NCBI RefSeq assembly: GCF_006345805.1
Contig: NC_043005.1
Location: forward strand, 51,522,001-51,586,000
Length of the DNA stretch: 64,000 bases
Source: Octopus sinensis
Taxonomy: Eukaryota
Reading direction: 5' to 3'
In this document: positions 25,470 through 38,600 of the stretch, piece after piece
How the letters are laid out: every line of letters starts with the position of its first letter
Position numbering within the stretch: position 1 is the first letter of the stretch
Notes under the pieces: model-generated
What the model was told of the DNA's origin: nothing
The model's database searches: none
Seen by the model: only the letters and a program-made list of their open reading frames with translations
Position numbers and translations under genes: made by a program

Positions 25470-27484
25470 ACATGATCTGTTATGACTGCCAAATTAATTA
25501 ACATGTTCAAAATGCTACAAGGTATATATTTCAAAAGATAATCATAATAGATAAAAAATAAAAAAATTAAAAGGATTGTATTAAAAATGTATAAAAACAA
25601 GTTTGTAACAAATATATTATTTAAATGCTTAAGGGGTTTCTGAATCACCTTGTATTTAGGACAAAATTGTAAAATGTAGGTAAAACTGTATCAGACTACT
25701 GTATTTTGTAAGTTCTTCTAGGCATGTATGTGTGTATGTATATATGTGTGTGTATATATGTATGTATGTATGTATATACCCAGTCTAAGGTTTATTAAGC
25801 AAAATACTCATTTTTATTGTAGGGACCACTTTACACATTTTAACTCACTACCAGCTCTCCCTGTGGAAAAATGGCCTTGTGCCTAGTCTAAAAGTTTGTA
25901 TTGAAATAGAAATTAGAGTAGCAAAATGACTTATTAACAAGACTTAACTTCTAACCTCTATGTCCTGAGTTCAATTGTGTGTCTGTGTGTGTGTATATAT
26001 TTATATATCATCATCATCATATATATATATGTATGTATGTATATATATACACAAACACATGAGTAAGCACATAAATGCATAACAAGGTCGAAAAAATAGT
26101 ACTCGAATACCAAAGGTAGAGTTATGTACCCTTTTATTAAAGGTGCAGAAATGTCACACAAAACTATATATATATATGCTTTGAATATACAGTTGTATTT
26201 CTTCTGTTTGTACCACCAAACATGCACGCACATACAGACACACACACACAATGATTCAATAAATAGGGCATTGATTGGAATAAAAGTTGCCTTATCATAT
26301 TTAGGTTTATGCGCCCTGTGTTTTGTGATGGAAATCACAGCAAGGTGGAGTTACCAGTAAATTTTTGCCCTCAACAAAAAATTGCTATATCTAAAAACTG
26401 AATGTGTAAGAGTGAGGTGAATGTAGTGATCCATTCAACTGGTTACCTTGTCCTTCTCCTCATAACTGATTTGCTTTTAACTTTCTTTTGTGCCTGGTCA
26501 AAAAGAAGAAACTCCCCTCAGTTATGGTGAGTTTATCAAAATAATTAAATATATCTATAAATGGGAAAAAAAAAACCTGTCAAGTGTTGGATTAAATACC
26601 TGGGCCACGTTTAGTTTTCTTCGTATTGTGTTGTGAGGTCGAATCCAATAATTGACTTTACCTTCAGTTCTGTGTTTTTTTTTTTCATCTATGAAGAGTT
26701 GGGGTTTGGTATTGAGATTATATCAGTCACATTACTGGGAGGTAATGTGTGGGGTGGAAGGGAATACTTTCTTACAGGACAGTTATTAACCTCACCCACC
26801 TCTCGCTCAATTTTGATAGAAATTAGACTTATATGTCTAGCGTTAAAAAAAAACCAAATCAATATTGAAAATAAGGGGATGCTAAAAGGGTTAAAAGACC
26901 ACCATCTCCTACACACACATACACACTCACACTCACACACAAAATATCTCCTCCCCATCCAAAGAAAAAACAACAAAATATAAAAATATTACCTTCTTGA
27001 AAAGAAAGAAAGTATTGTGTTTATTTATTTAATTTTCTAATACCGATCTCAGACACTGTAATAATAATAACAATAATGATAATAATAATAATAATAGCAA
27101 CAACAACAATAAATGTGTATATCAAACCACAGGGTCCTAATACTCTAAGATTGATACATCCCAGAGTGAGTTTGAATTTTTTTTTTTTTTTTTTTGAGTT
27201 TTTTTATCTCCTCACTTAACATGTTGCTTTGTGTGAAGAAAAAAAATTATAAAAAAAAAAAGACACCGAGGAAGATATTCCTTGTAATGAAAATGTTTTG
27301 AAATGGTTGGCCACTGTTTAAAATATGATTAATATAACAACAGTAATTTAAAAAAAACAAAACAAAACAAAACAATATATTAACAATAATAATAATAATA
27401 ATAATAATAACAATAATTCACTAAGGCAGTGGTTGTTGATTGGAGACATTAAAGAAAGCAGAAAAACAGCAACTATAAAATATT

Positions 27485-27556
<72 letters not shown>

Positions 27557-27748
27557 GTGTAGTATATATATTATATATATATATATATAAAGCCTTGAAT
27601 AAATTTCTTTATGAACAGACTTGAACCTGTATTAAACTTCTTTTCATTTAAATGGCTTGCTAATGCATTGAGATGTAAGAATATAAACAACTTGTTTTGT
27701 GTCAATATATGCAGGTGTGTGTGTGCATGTGTATGTGTATATGTGTAT

Positions 27749-27801
<53 letters not shown>

Positions 27802-27984
27802 TACACATATATGTATATAACGTAAGTAAAGTACTTACATAAACAGGACTAATTTAGCTGCTTCTCTGTAGATTGGAAAAAAAATGATCAACAAATTTAA
27901 TTGATTTTTAGAAATTTATGGAATTCTCATCAGAGGTGTCTGCATCAATTTTGACCAATCCCAGTGAAACAAGCAGCCATATAA

Positions 27985-27997
27985 CATATATATATAT

Positions 27998-28044
<47 letters not shown>

Positions 28045-28260
28045 TATATGCATATATATATATGCATATATTATATATATATATATATTATATATATGCA
28101 TATATATATATGCATATATATATGCATATATATGCATATATATGCATATATATATGCATATATATATGCATATATATATATGCATATATATATGCATATA
28201 TATATATGCATATATATATGCATATATATGCATATATATTATATATATATATGTATATGT
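27985..28260. repeat. (TA)n / GC(AT)n self-complementary minisatellite
   Basis: Repeated ATATGCATAT palindromic units with a variable number of AT dinucleotides. Confidence 0.9.
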
Positions 28261-28367
28261 GTGTGTGTAAAAATATATGAGTTTATCATATACACATGAT
28301 GACAGATTTTTATGCAAGTTTAATAGAATTTTATTGTTTACATGTGTATATTATCATATGTGTGTGC

Positions 28368-28426
<59 letters not shown>

Positions 28427-31400
28427 GTATGTATGTATGTATGTTTGTGTGTATATATGTGTGCTTATATCTGTACACACATTTGTTTATATATACATAT
28501 GCATATAATGTTTCTATTTATTATTGAGTCATTTTATTTATTTGTTTGTTTGTTTACAAGTTGTTCTTTTGTTTGTTTATTGTTTTGTTTTCTTTCAGGA
28601 CACAGCTGCAAAACAATATGAAAAATTCTACATATATACATGTGTGTGTGTGTGTATGTGTGCATGTATGTATGTATGTCTGTGTGTGTCTATATATACA
28701 TACATATATATGTATGTATGTATGTATGTATATATAATGTCTGTGTATGTACATTTGTATGTGTATTTGTTTGTCTAAGAAAGTTAAGTGCAACATTGAA
28801 ATTAAAAGACCTTCAACATCCATTGCTGTATGATTATAAATTGCTTCTATAAAAAGATAATTTTAAAAATAATAATAATAAAATATAATTAATAAAAAAA
28901 TATATATATAAATAAAAAAAGTCTCTTGTTTTGATATCTTCTCCTTTTTTATTAACAACTTTGAAGTGTGTAAATTCAACTGCTGATAATTTGTGAGTAA
29001 AACATGATACTCATCAACATCATCATCATGAACAACAAGACTGTTGTCATTATTGGCTTGTCTTTTTTTTTCTCAACCCATGCCAGCATGGCAGATAGAC
29101 GTTAAATGATGACGACAACGACGATTTCTAAACATTGACAGGATATGTTTTTTGCTTCCAATTCAGCACTGATTGAGTGAGTAGCCACAAATGATCAAAC
29201 ATATTCCAATCATTACAGTCGATGTCTTTTCTTCCAGCAAAGTGTATCTAGGGCTACATTAATAAATGTGCCATTCTTCTTTTCTTTTAAGACAGCAGGG
29301 TGTGAATTGAGGAGGAGTTGACTATGATTTCTCGCAATCTGAGCAACTGCATTGAAGCTATTGCATGATAAAAGTGTTGCAGTTAAAAAGAAAAACTTTC
29401 CATACATACACACAGCCAGGCAAGAATTTGGACCTGGAGATCTCCATTTCCAGCGACTTCGAGGGCCACCTCCCAGTGGTGTTGGGTGTCAACGAAGAGC
29501 CCTCAACTACAACAAGACGACCAAAGTTTTTTTTTCCAAGGTCTGGGGTCTCCCACCCCTAAGCCCTAGATCATCACCTAATCACCCTTACCCATCTTGT
29601 TGCTTAACAACAACTACATACACACAAATACAAAATGACAATTTTCTCATAGGGAAAAAGAAAATAGCAGCATACATATGGGTAGTTAACATTATCCATT
29701 AAGCCACTGATGTGTGTACCTCGTCTGTCTTTACATTCTAAGTTCAAATTCCACTGAGGTTGACTTTGCCTTTCATCCTTTTGAGGTTGATAAATTAATT
29801 ACCAGTTGCATACTGGCCCCCCCTCTCCAAAAATTTCGGGCTTTGTGCCTAGAGTAGAAAAAAAAGAAGTGAAGTTTCCTAGTTCAAATCCAGCCTGGCT
29901 CAGTGTACACATTCAAGGGTTAAGACTCCTGATGATGAGAACTGAACCAATCAAAATGCAGCCATTGTTGTCATCATGTATCATATGCAGCACATTGATG
30001 ACACTATGATAAAAGTGTTCCCGATTAATTACAAGTTCTCCTATCAGATCAAGCTATAGTGTTACTTCGTTCTGACTTTCTCATAGTGTTTTCTTGGCAG
30101 AGATATTGGGGTGGTGTGTCATTGCCTTCCTCAACCTGATGGCTGTTGGCCCACAAGGAGCTCATCTAGCCTTCGGACTAGTCTTGTTTTTCAGTCCTGT
30201 TGAGTGTCCAGAAACCCTTCTCTCAAGAGTAGCTGATTTTGTCCCGTTTATACTACATTTTTGTATAGTCAGATCAGGATCTCATATTGGCTTTCGGTGC
30301 AAAATGTACACTTGCTTATATTGCTAGAGGGAAAGATAAATCCCCACCACCTCCAGATTTCAACCTCCCTTGGCTTTGTCAATGATGGATGCTCAAAAAC
30401 TAGAGATAGCAGCAACTCATTTCTCTGCCAGTAACATATAGAATAACAGTGCACAAAAGGCGCTGGCATCACAATTAACCACTGACTATGGAACAGGCAG
30501 TACTTGTTCACATGGCACCAGTAGCAGGTCTTTTCAGCCTGTGATGAGATCCTGATCTGACTATACAAAATGTAATATAAATGCGAAAACTCTAAATATC
30601 AGGCACAGGTAACCTTTTCCAAGAAGCACACAGGGATTTATCTCCCCTCTTGTGTTATAAACGAGTGCATTTTGCACCAAAGGCCAATATCAGTTTTTCT
30701 CATGGTAACTACCATAGTGTAGTTTGTTCTTACAGAACATCCATGTTTAAGTGGGGATAAATATTACCGCTTGGTATTAATACTACCTCTCATGCTAATA
30801 TATATTATTTCACAAGCACAGTGGTTAATTGTGATGCCAGCGCCTTTTTTGCACTGATATTCTATATGTTACTGGCAGGGTAATGAAGCAGCTGAAAATG
30901 GGGTTTTAGTTGCTGCTATGATACATAAGATATTCCAGTTGTCCAGATTACTAAAAACACTCTGTAAAACTGACAATTCGTCTTTTGTTGAAGTTTTAAA
31001 TCCATCTAACCTTAAGGATTATAATCAAAGAGTTGGAGTAATAATGATGGTTTCAAATTTTAGTACAGGACCAGTAATTTTAGGAGAAGGGGTACACCAA
31101 TATCATTGACCCCAGTGCTTGACTGGTACTTATTTTATCAGTCCGAAATGATGAAAGACAAAGTTGACCTTGGCAGCATTTGAACTCTGAATGTAAAGCC
31201 AGAGGAAATGCTGCTAAGCATTTTGACTGGTGCAGTAAAAATTCTGCCAGCTTGCCGCCTTAGTTGACGTCATGATAATGCTTCCAAATTTTGGCTCAAG
31301 GCCAGCAATTTTTGGGGAATGGGCTAAATCAATTACAATAACCCATGTGCTCAATTGGTGCCTATTTTATTGATCCTGAAATGAAGAAAAGCAAAGTTGA

Positions 31401-32103
31401 TCATGGCAGAATTTGAACTCAGAGTGCAAGAATGGATGAAATGCCACTAAGCATTTTGCCCAGCATGCTAATGATTCTGCCAGTTTGCTGTCTTAGTTGA
31501 AGACATAATAAAAAAAAAACACACACACAAAAAAAAAATGATGATCAAGAAAGTGGTTTCACTAGAAAGGATCAGAAACTGTGAGCAGACTGTCTATTCT
31601 TCTGAGATTCCGTGAAATGTACTACACTTATAACCATTGAGCTTGTTGGTGTTTAAGGTTTTCAATTTATTAGCATTTCCATTTGTATGCTTTGTACATA
31701 GAACTCCACTTAAGCTATGACACAATGTGAGAATTGAAAACCTCAGAAGAGGAAACCATCCTTGTTGATGTAGGTTTTGTTTTCCATTCTTTATACTTGA
31801 GCATTTAAGATGGCAGTTGGAAATGTACTGTTGATATAACTAACACTAAACATTAAGAAGTGCTTACACTAGAAAGCTTCACATTAGAGGCTCTGCAAAG
31901 GCTAGGGCTACTGGCCTTCCTTCTGTTACCAAACCATTAAAATTACATCTTTATAAGCACAGGCATGGCTATGTGGTAAGAAGTTTGCTTCCCAACCACA
32001 TAGTCTTTAAGTGTTTTCCACTATAGCCTTTGGCCAACCAAAGCCTTGTGAGAATATTTGGTAGACAGAAGCTGAAAGAAACCCAGCATACACACACACA
32101 CAC

Positions 32104-32178
<75 letters not shown>

Positions 32179-32181
<3 letters not shown>

Positions 32182-32562
32182 AGTGGCTGTGTGGTAAGTA
32201 GCTTGCTAACCAACCACATGGTTCCGGGTTCAGTCCCACTGCGTGGCATCTTGGGCAAGTGTCTTCTGCTATAGCCCCGGGCTGACCAATGCCTTGTGAG
32301 TGGATTTTGTAGACGGAAACTGAAAGAAGCCTGTCGTATATATGTATATATATATATGTGTATGTGTGTGTTTGTCCCCCTAGCATTGCTTGACAACCAA
32401 TGCTGGTGTGTTTACGTCCCCGTCACTTAGCGGTTCGGCAAAAGAGACTGATAGAATAAGTACTGGGCTTACAAAGAATAAGTCCCGGGGTTGATTTGCT
32501 CGACTAAAGGCGGTGCTCCAGCATGGCCGCAGTCAAAATGACTGAAACAAGTAAAAGAGTAA
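32179..32562 (+). mobile_element. Young SINE S1 copy nested in the microsatellite of an older S1 (31960-32830)
   Basis: Near-identical to 33409-33827. The older element's 5' part (31960-32090) and 3' part (32600-32830) flank it. Confidence 0.85.
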
Positions 32563-33408
32563 TATATATATGGATGTATGTATGTACGTATGTATGTGTA
32601 TGTGAGTGTGTCTTTTTGTCTGTGTTATTTTCTCCATCCTTCATTGCTAGACAACCAGCATTGGTGTGTTTACATTTTGGTAACTTAGCAGTTTGGCAAA
32701 AGAGGCCGATAGAATAAGTACAAGCTTCAAAAAATAGTACTGGGGTCGATTTGCTCGACTAAAATTCTTCACGGCAGTGTCCCAGTATGGCTGCAGTCCA
32801 ATGACTTACACAAGTAAAAGATGAAAGATAAAAAAATGATTTTTTTTTGTTTTTCTCCTTGAAATTTATGCCACTGGGCACTCTGGATTATTTCTCTACA
32901 CTCATTTTTGTTTTAATTATGTAAATTACTCAAGACCATGTTTTCTACTATTTTTATAAATGTCTAAGTCCTTTGGCTGCTGCAGTCAAGGCAGGGCAAC
33001 TGTTGTGTTCATGATGCTCTTTGAAGCAGAAATATTCGTTCAATCCTGTAAGAAAAATTAAACACCTATTTCTTTACTACCCACAAGGGGCTAAACACAG
33101 AGAGGACAAACAAGGAGAGTCAAATGGGTTAAGTCAATTACATCGCCAACCCCCCACCCCTACCCTACCCCCAGTGCTTAACTGGTACTTAATTTATCGA
33201 CCTCGATAGGATGAAAAGCAAAGTCGACCTCGGCGGAATTTGAACTCAGAATGTAATGGCAGACGAAATACGGCTACGCATTTCGCCCGGTGTGCTAACG
33301 TTAATAAAACACCTTATGACAAACAGTGATCAAAGTGATATATTGTGACATGTAAACACTAAAACATTAATAATCTCAAAAGAAGAGATTTTAAGTAATA
33401 ATACACAT

Positions 33409-33827
33409 AGGCGCAGGAGTGGCTGTGTGGTAAGTAGCTTGCTAACCAGCCACATGGTTCCGGGTTCAGTCCCACTGCGTGGCATCTTGGGCAAGTGTCT
33501 TCTGCTATAGCCCCGGGCTGACCAATGCCTTGTGAGTGGATTTGGTAGACGGAAACTGAAAGAAGCCTGTCGTATATATGTACATATGTATATATATATA
33601 TATGTACGTGTGTGTTTGTGTGTCTGTGTTTGTCCACCTAGCATTGCTTGACAACCGATGCTGGTGTGTTTACGTCCCCGTCACTTAGCGGTTCAGCAAA
33701 AGAGACAGATAGAATAAGTACTGGGCTTACAAAGAATAAGTCCCGGGGTCGATTTGCTCGACTAAAGGCGGTGCTCCAGCATGGCCGCAGTCAAATGACT
33801 GAAACAAGTAAAAGAGTAAAAAAGAGT
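33409..33827 (+). mobile_element. Young SINE S1 copy, full length
   Basis: AGGCGCAGGAGTGGCTGTGTGGTAAGTAGC ... GAAACAAGTAAAAGAGTAAAAAAGAGT tail. Confidence 0.9.
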
Positions 33828-34688
33828 ATTCAATACACCTTCTGTAAGTTTTAACACAATTTCAAAAATTATACCATGTATAAACTGTGGATGTTGGTGC
33901 CACGTAAAAAGCACTGGTGTTAGTGTTATGTAAAAAGCACTGGTGTTAGTGTCACATAAAAAACTAATGGTGTTGGTGCTATGTAAAAAGCTCCCAGTAC
34001 ATTCTATAAAATGATTGATATCAGGAAGGGCATCCAGCTGTAGAAATCATGCCAAAATAGACAATGGAACTTGGTGTGGTTCCTCTCAAACCACCGAACC
34101 CATGCTAACATGGAAAACAGACGTTAAATGATGATGATTTGTTTCAAAAGAAATACAATTTCAAAAGAAACAAATAACGAATAAGGGGATAAAAATGAGG
34201 AAAAGGTACAGTGTGGATTTTAATTTTTTCATTGGTAGTTCACAAGTCTGAGTTGGCTGCTTAAAAAAAAAAAAACGATTCTCCAAATCCTTTCTTTGAG
34301 TTTCATATAGTTTATTTAACCTGCATCGGTTATATGTACATAACCCTATATAAATAATTTAACGGAAGAACATTAATGAAACAACGAACATAATAGCCAG
34401 ACAATATTATGAAAATTGCTCGTAGTTACTGAAGATCAAGTTTGTAAAAAGAATTAAACTGTCGAATATTAAGCAATGTGCGCATTTTTCGACACTACCA
34501 TTCAAAGTTGCTACATTTTGTTGAACATGACATAAGCCTGTCAAGAAACGTGAATGAGAGTGAGAGACCAACTCACTAAACAAAGTGACAAGATTTCGTG
34601 CATAATGCTGCGTGGCTTTAGTCTGAGGTTGAATTCACCAACTTTTTATAACTGTAAGCCAAATTTGCCAGAACTTTTGTTCGCTCTC

Positions 34689-34701
34689 TTTGGCGGGAAA
34701 A
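34689..34701 (-). promoter_or_regulatory. E2F-type site TTTTCCCGCCAAA
   Basis: Plus strand TTTGGCGGGAAAA, in non-repetitive DNA about 870 bp upstream of the SDHA ATG and about 90 bp upstream of a minus-strand ATG/donor pair. Confidence 0.45.
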
Positions 34702-34841
34702 CTCGCACACTTTCTTTGAAGTTCGCCACATCAACCATAACAAGCCAGCCAGTGGTGACTGGACAAGCCATATCCACATGTCTATTATGGCAACACACTG
34801 TCTGTTTATATGGTTGGTCATGGGCCTGAGCTAGGAAAATT

Positions 34842-35221
34842 GGCGATCTTTCGTCTCTAGTAGACCTTTCCGTCGATTTCCGTAAAAAAATTTTTTTTTT
34901 TACATATGAGCTTGCGGGAACTTTTGAAGTAATGAGAGCGAAAGAGACACATTACTCTCTCTGTCTCTTCATACACACTAACAGAAGCACTTCACTTACA
35001 CAACATACTGTCTGTCTCCCACACCCCATCAAACACACACACACATGTACATCAATGCTCCCATGCACGGTAACTTCAAAAGAACTTCCCTCATCATACA
35101 ATCGCTTTCTCTTAGTCTCTTTCGCTCTCATTACTTCAAAAGTTCCCGCAAGCCCATATGTAAAAAAAAAAAAAAATTTACGGAAATCGACGGAAAGGTC
35201 TACTAGAGACGAAAGATTGCC
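34842..35221. mobile_element. MITE family A, copy 2 (opposite orientation), 353 bp upstream of the SDHA ATG
   Basis: Same TIRs as copy 1, and the interior is the reverse complement of 13045-13250. Flanked by the direct repeat GGAAAATT. Confidence 0.9.
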
Positions 35222-35539
35222 GGAAAATTTGAGAGAAAGGGTTCAAAACTCAGCAGAAGCCTGCCTCACTACAGAGAGGATGCAAACAAAAGAAAAAAGG
35301 GAATAAAAAATGAGAAGATGTAAATGAAACGAACAAGAACACGAAAATAACATTAAGAAGGAAAAATACTCAGTAAATCATCATAGAAACACATTTACAT
35401 GACAAGAACGAAGAAATATGACACAGAACCTTTTCATTCAATGAAACAGCATTAAATTTCTGTGATACTTCTGTACATCCATAAACCGCAAAAGTACATC
35501 CAGTCGAGTCTATAAAAAGAACGCCTAAACAATACAATT

Positions 35540-35549
35540 ACGCATGCGT
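35540..35549. promoter_or_regulatory. NRF1/EWG-like palindrome ACGCATGCGT just upstream of the SDHA start
   Basis: Perfect 10-bp palindrome with a GCATGC core, 25 nt before the ATG. NRF1 (consensus GCGCATGCGC) is an established regulator of nuclear respiratory genes. The outer bases deviate from consensus. Confidence 0.5.
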
Positions 35550-35573
35550 CAAGTTTCATTTCGTTTGCTCGAC

Positions 35574-35630
35574 ATGGCGTTGTTACTGCAGTTCAGCACT
35601 GGGACCCGCAACCTTTTATTTAAGCAGTTG
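35574..35630 (+). CDS. SDHA: SDHA coding exon 1 (mitochondrial transit peptide, MALLLQFSTGTRNLLFKQL)
   Basis: GAC-ATG-GCG start, 19 codons with no acidic residues, then donor GTAAGG at 35631. Phase 0 matches exon 2. An NRF1-like palindrome lies 25 nt upstream. Transit peptides are poorly conserved, so this is less certain than the later exons. Confidence 0.75.
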
Positions 35631-38600
35631 GTAAGGAGCATGTAAATTTATTATATTTGTAATTTATTTCTGTACCTTCTTTGCTGTGTTCTTTTTCTTT
35701 AGTTCTAGCATTGCAACTGCGTACAAAGGTTTTAATTCTTATGAGGAAGATGGCATGGTGATTCCAATAACATCTTTCGTCTGAGATCTGGGCATCTTTT
35801 ACTCGAGTAGCTTCTTGTCAACAAGCACTTGCATATATGTTGATAGATAAATAAATAGAAAGATAGATCGATAATTATACAGTAGTCCTTTGTTTTATTT
35901 ATCTATATATTCTGCAAACCTCATCTTGTGGTGCACCTGGACACCTCTTCATTGATGTATTTATTTACGTAACCGGACAACGATTAAAAACGTCGACCTT
36001 CGTTTGGGTTAAACCCCAGAACATTGCAGGATGCACATACCTACCTTTTAGATATTTACTACATAACCAACGATGCACTTATTATACCACCACCCTTTCG
36101 AGATTAGTTTTTATATTTTCCTATTAAATATAAAATTAAATTTTCGCAACAGAATGGCATCTAGTTGCTATCATGTTTTCTGAAGGGCATTAGTTACGTA
36201 AATGAAATGTTGACTATATAATACTAGGAATCGAAATCAGCGACTGAGTTTTGTTTAGGAACTTAGCTTGACCTGTTTGTAACAGGAAATTGTGATATTC
36301 AATTTATTTCTTAAGGGCCATTATCCGTAATTGGAAGTCAACACTGAGTTGCACCATTCATTGTTTTGTTCTACGAATTATGTATGACCATCGGAATGTA
36401 ATTCAAATTGATTTCGTTAGTAGTGGAGAAAGAGGTTAATATTAACCGAGAAAGATATATGTGGCATTCATGCCTTTCCCAAGGGAAGTAGTGACGTAAA
36501 CGAAGTTAATATGACGATCTTTCGTTATGAACAAAAAATTGCCACTTTCCCTTGGAGTATCCGATTGATTTTGGTATTATTTACTATTACACTCGTCTTG
36601 TGTAACGAATATAACCTCTGATCCGTGAATTTTCGTAATAGCTAACTACTTTCATGGAGAAAGAAAAGGGCAAGGAATTTAGGGACGGTTTCCATATGTA
36701 AAATGATTGGTTAATGTTTGTTCCCTCCCCCCAGTTTTGCACTTCCGTTCCGTTCCGTGCCCATCTCCGGCGTAAATAAAATCTACCAGAAACCGCTATC
36801 CATTTTCTGCGGAGGTGAAGAATACGCACACCACCCGTTTTCTGCGTAACCCTAACCCGGCGAAAGTAAAGAATACGGGTGGTGTACGTATTTGTTTACC
36901 TCCGCTCCCTAACCCTAAACACCGGGTGGTCATATTCTTTACCTTTTCTTGCCCCATTTTCTTGCCTTTCCCCTTCTCCATGAGGTAGTGGCAACTATTT
37001 CGAAAGTCCACCGAGATTACACCCGTCTCACGAAACGGGTGCAATAGCAAAATACCATAATCAACACGTTGCTAATTCGTAAATATCAATATTGATACTT
37101 TCCGAGTGTGTAAATGATTTTTTTTTTTTGCTCGTTCATAAAATTTCTTACATTAATCGATCGTTTTCGCACTGTTCGAACATTGCTATTAGCTGTTAGA
37201 CCAACACTGCCTTGCTTCAAGAGTAAAGGGAGTCTCATCGTGCCTCCCGGCCTGCTGGAAATAGCAGTTAAATCTTTAACTGGCTCCTTATAGATGTGAC
37301 GGCGAAGTGCCTTCGGGTTAAGACGAAAGATTGCCGATGTGACTTCAGATAATGCCGGTAAAGGTGACTTTAGATAATGTAATTCTTCGTCCGAATAAGG
37401 ACGAGGTTGTCATAGCTGGAATGCCTTGTGATTCTGAGGTTAAACGGCATTTCTTCTTTGTGTGTATTGATAAAATTACTAGCTTCCACAAGGCAAACTA
37501 ACAATATTTAAGAACCTACTGCACGTCGGTACCATTTGTGGATTACTCACAAAAAGACAGTATCAATAAAATTATTTATCAAATATATCAGCTTAGAAAA
37601 GTGTGATCAAAAGAATGAGCCCTTAGCTGCCTTGTACGAAATTTGTTTCAGTCTTATCTTTATAACAAATCATTTAGTTTAATACATTATTCCACCCTTC
37701 CTGATAATTCTCTGCATAAGAAAAGGAATTGTTTTCTTTTCGCACCGAACGCAAGTGACATTCCGATGTCTCTGTTATATAAAAACTGTTATGTAACATA
37801 TTCTTGTCTGGGACGGTCGAATGACCTGCTTAACTCAATGATTCATTTTGACATTAACAAATATTAAGTATTACTATCATCCTGACCTTAGTAATTTTCA
37901 TTCTTGGTTGTCAAAAGCTTTGGATCCAAAACCTTAACCGAACTAGGTTGTTTTGTTCTCAGTTTAGAGAACACCATGTTAGGTACTCTACAGGGTCAGT
38001 TGTTTAACAGCTGGCTCTATAATTTTAATAAGGCTGTAATTTTTTCCTCCCTTTTTCAAGCATAAGTAAAAAATAATGGGGATGAGAGAAAGTTGCGATA
38101 GAAAAAGAGGAAAAATGTTAATGTTATGAGAAACAGTTTTTAAAATCGAACGGATGTATACGTAGCTACCTACATACAGTTAGAACTGCCGTAATTTTAA
38201 AAGCTGGACAATAAATTTGTTGAAGGCTTCTTGGTTCCTTGGCATGTTTAATCCCTTTTAACTGCAATTTCGTAAAAGGATAAATTTTCTTTTCATTTGA
38301 ATGAACGTGGATATGTGTACTTAATTAATGATACTTATTTGTATTATATAAGACGGTGTTATGTAACGTTTCTCTTATCCTTGACTTGGAGGTTAAATAG
38401 CCTTAATTTTACGACATATTTTAGCACTGTCTTGATTAGGGGTCAGTATACTGGAGTAAATTACCCGAAGTGGGGTAAAAATGAAATTCTTGGGGCCAAT
38501 GAAGACTCATTAGACATAAGTAAAATTATATAAAAACGTGTTCTTTGTTACGGCAGAAAATTTTCCTCTGGCAGCATTGCATCTGTCCACTGTATTGGAC

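Noticed and set aside
37320-37336. AGACGAAAGATTGCCG matching the end of MITE family A
   Set aside because: An isolated 16-mer inside another degenerate repeat with no partner TIR; at most a tiny remnant.
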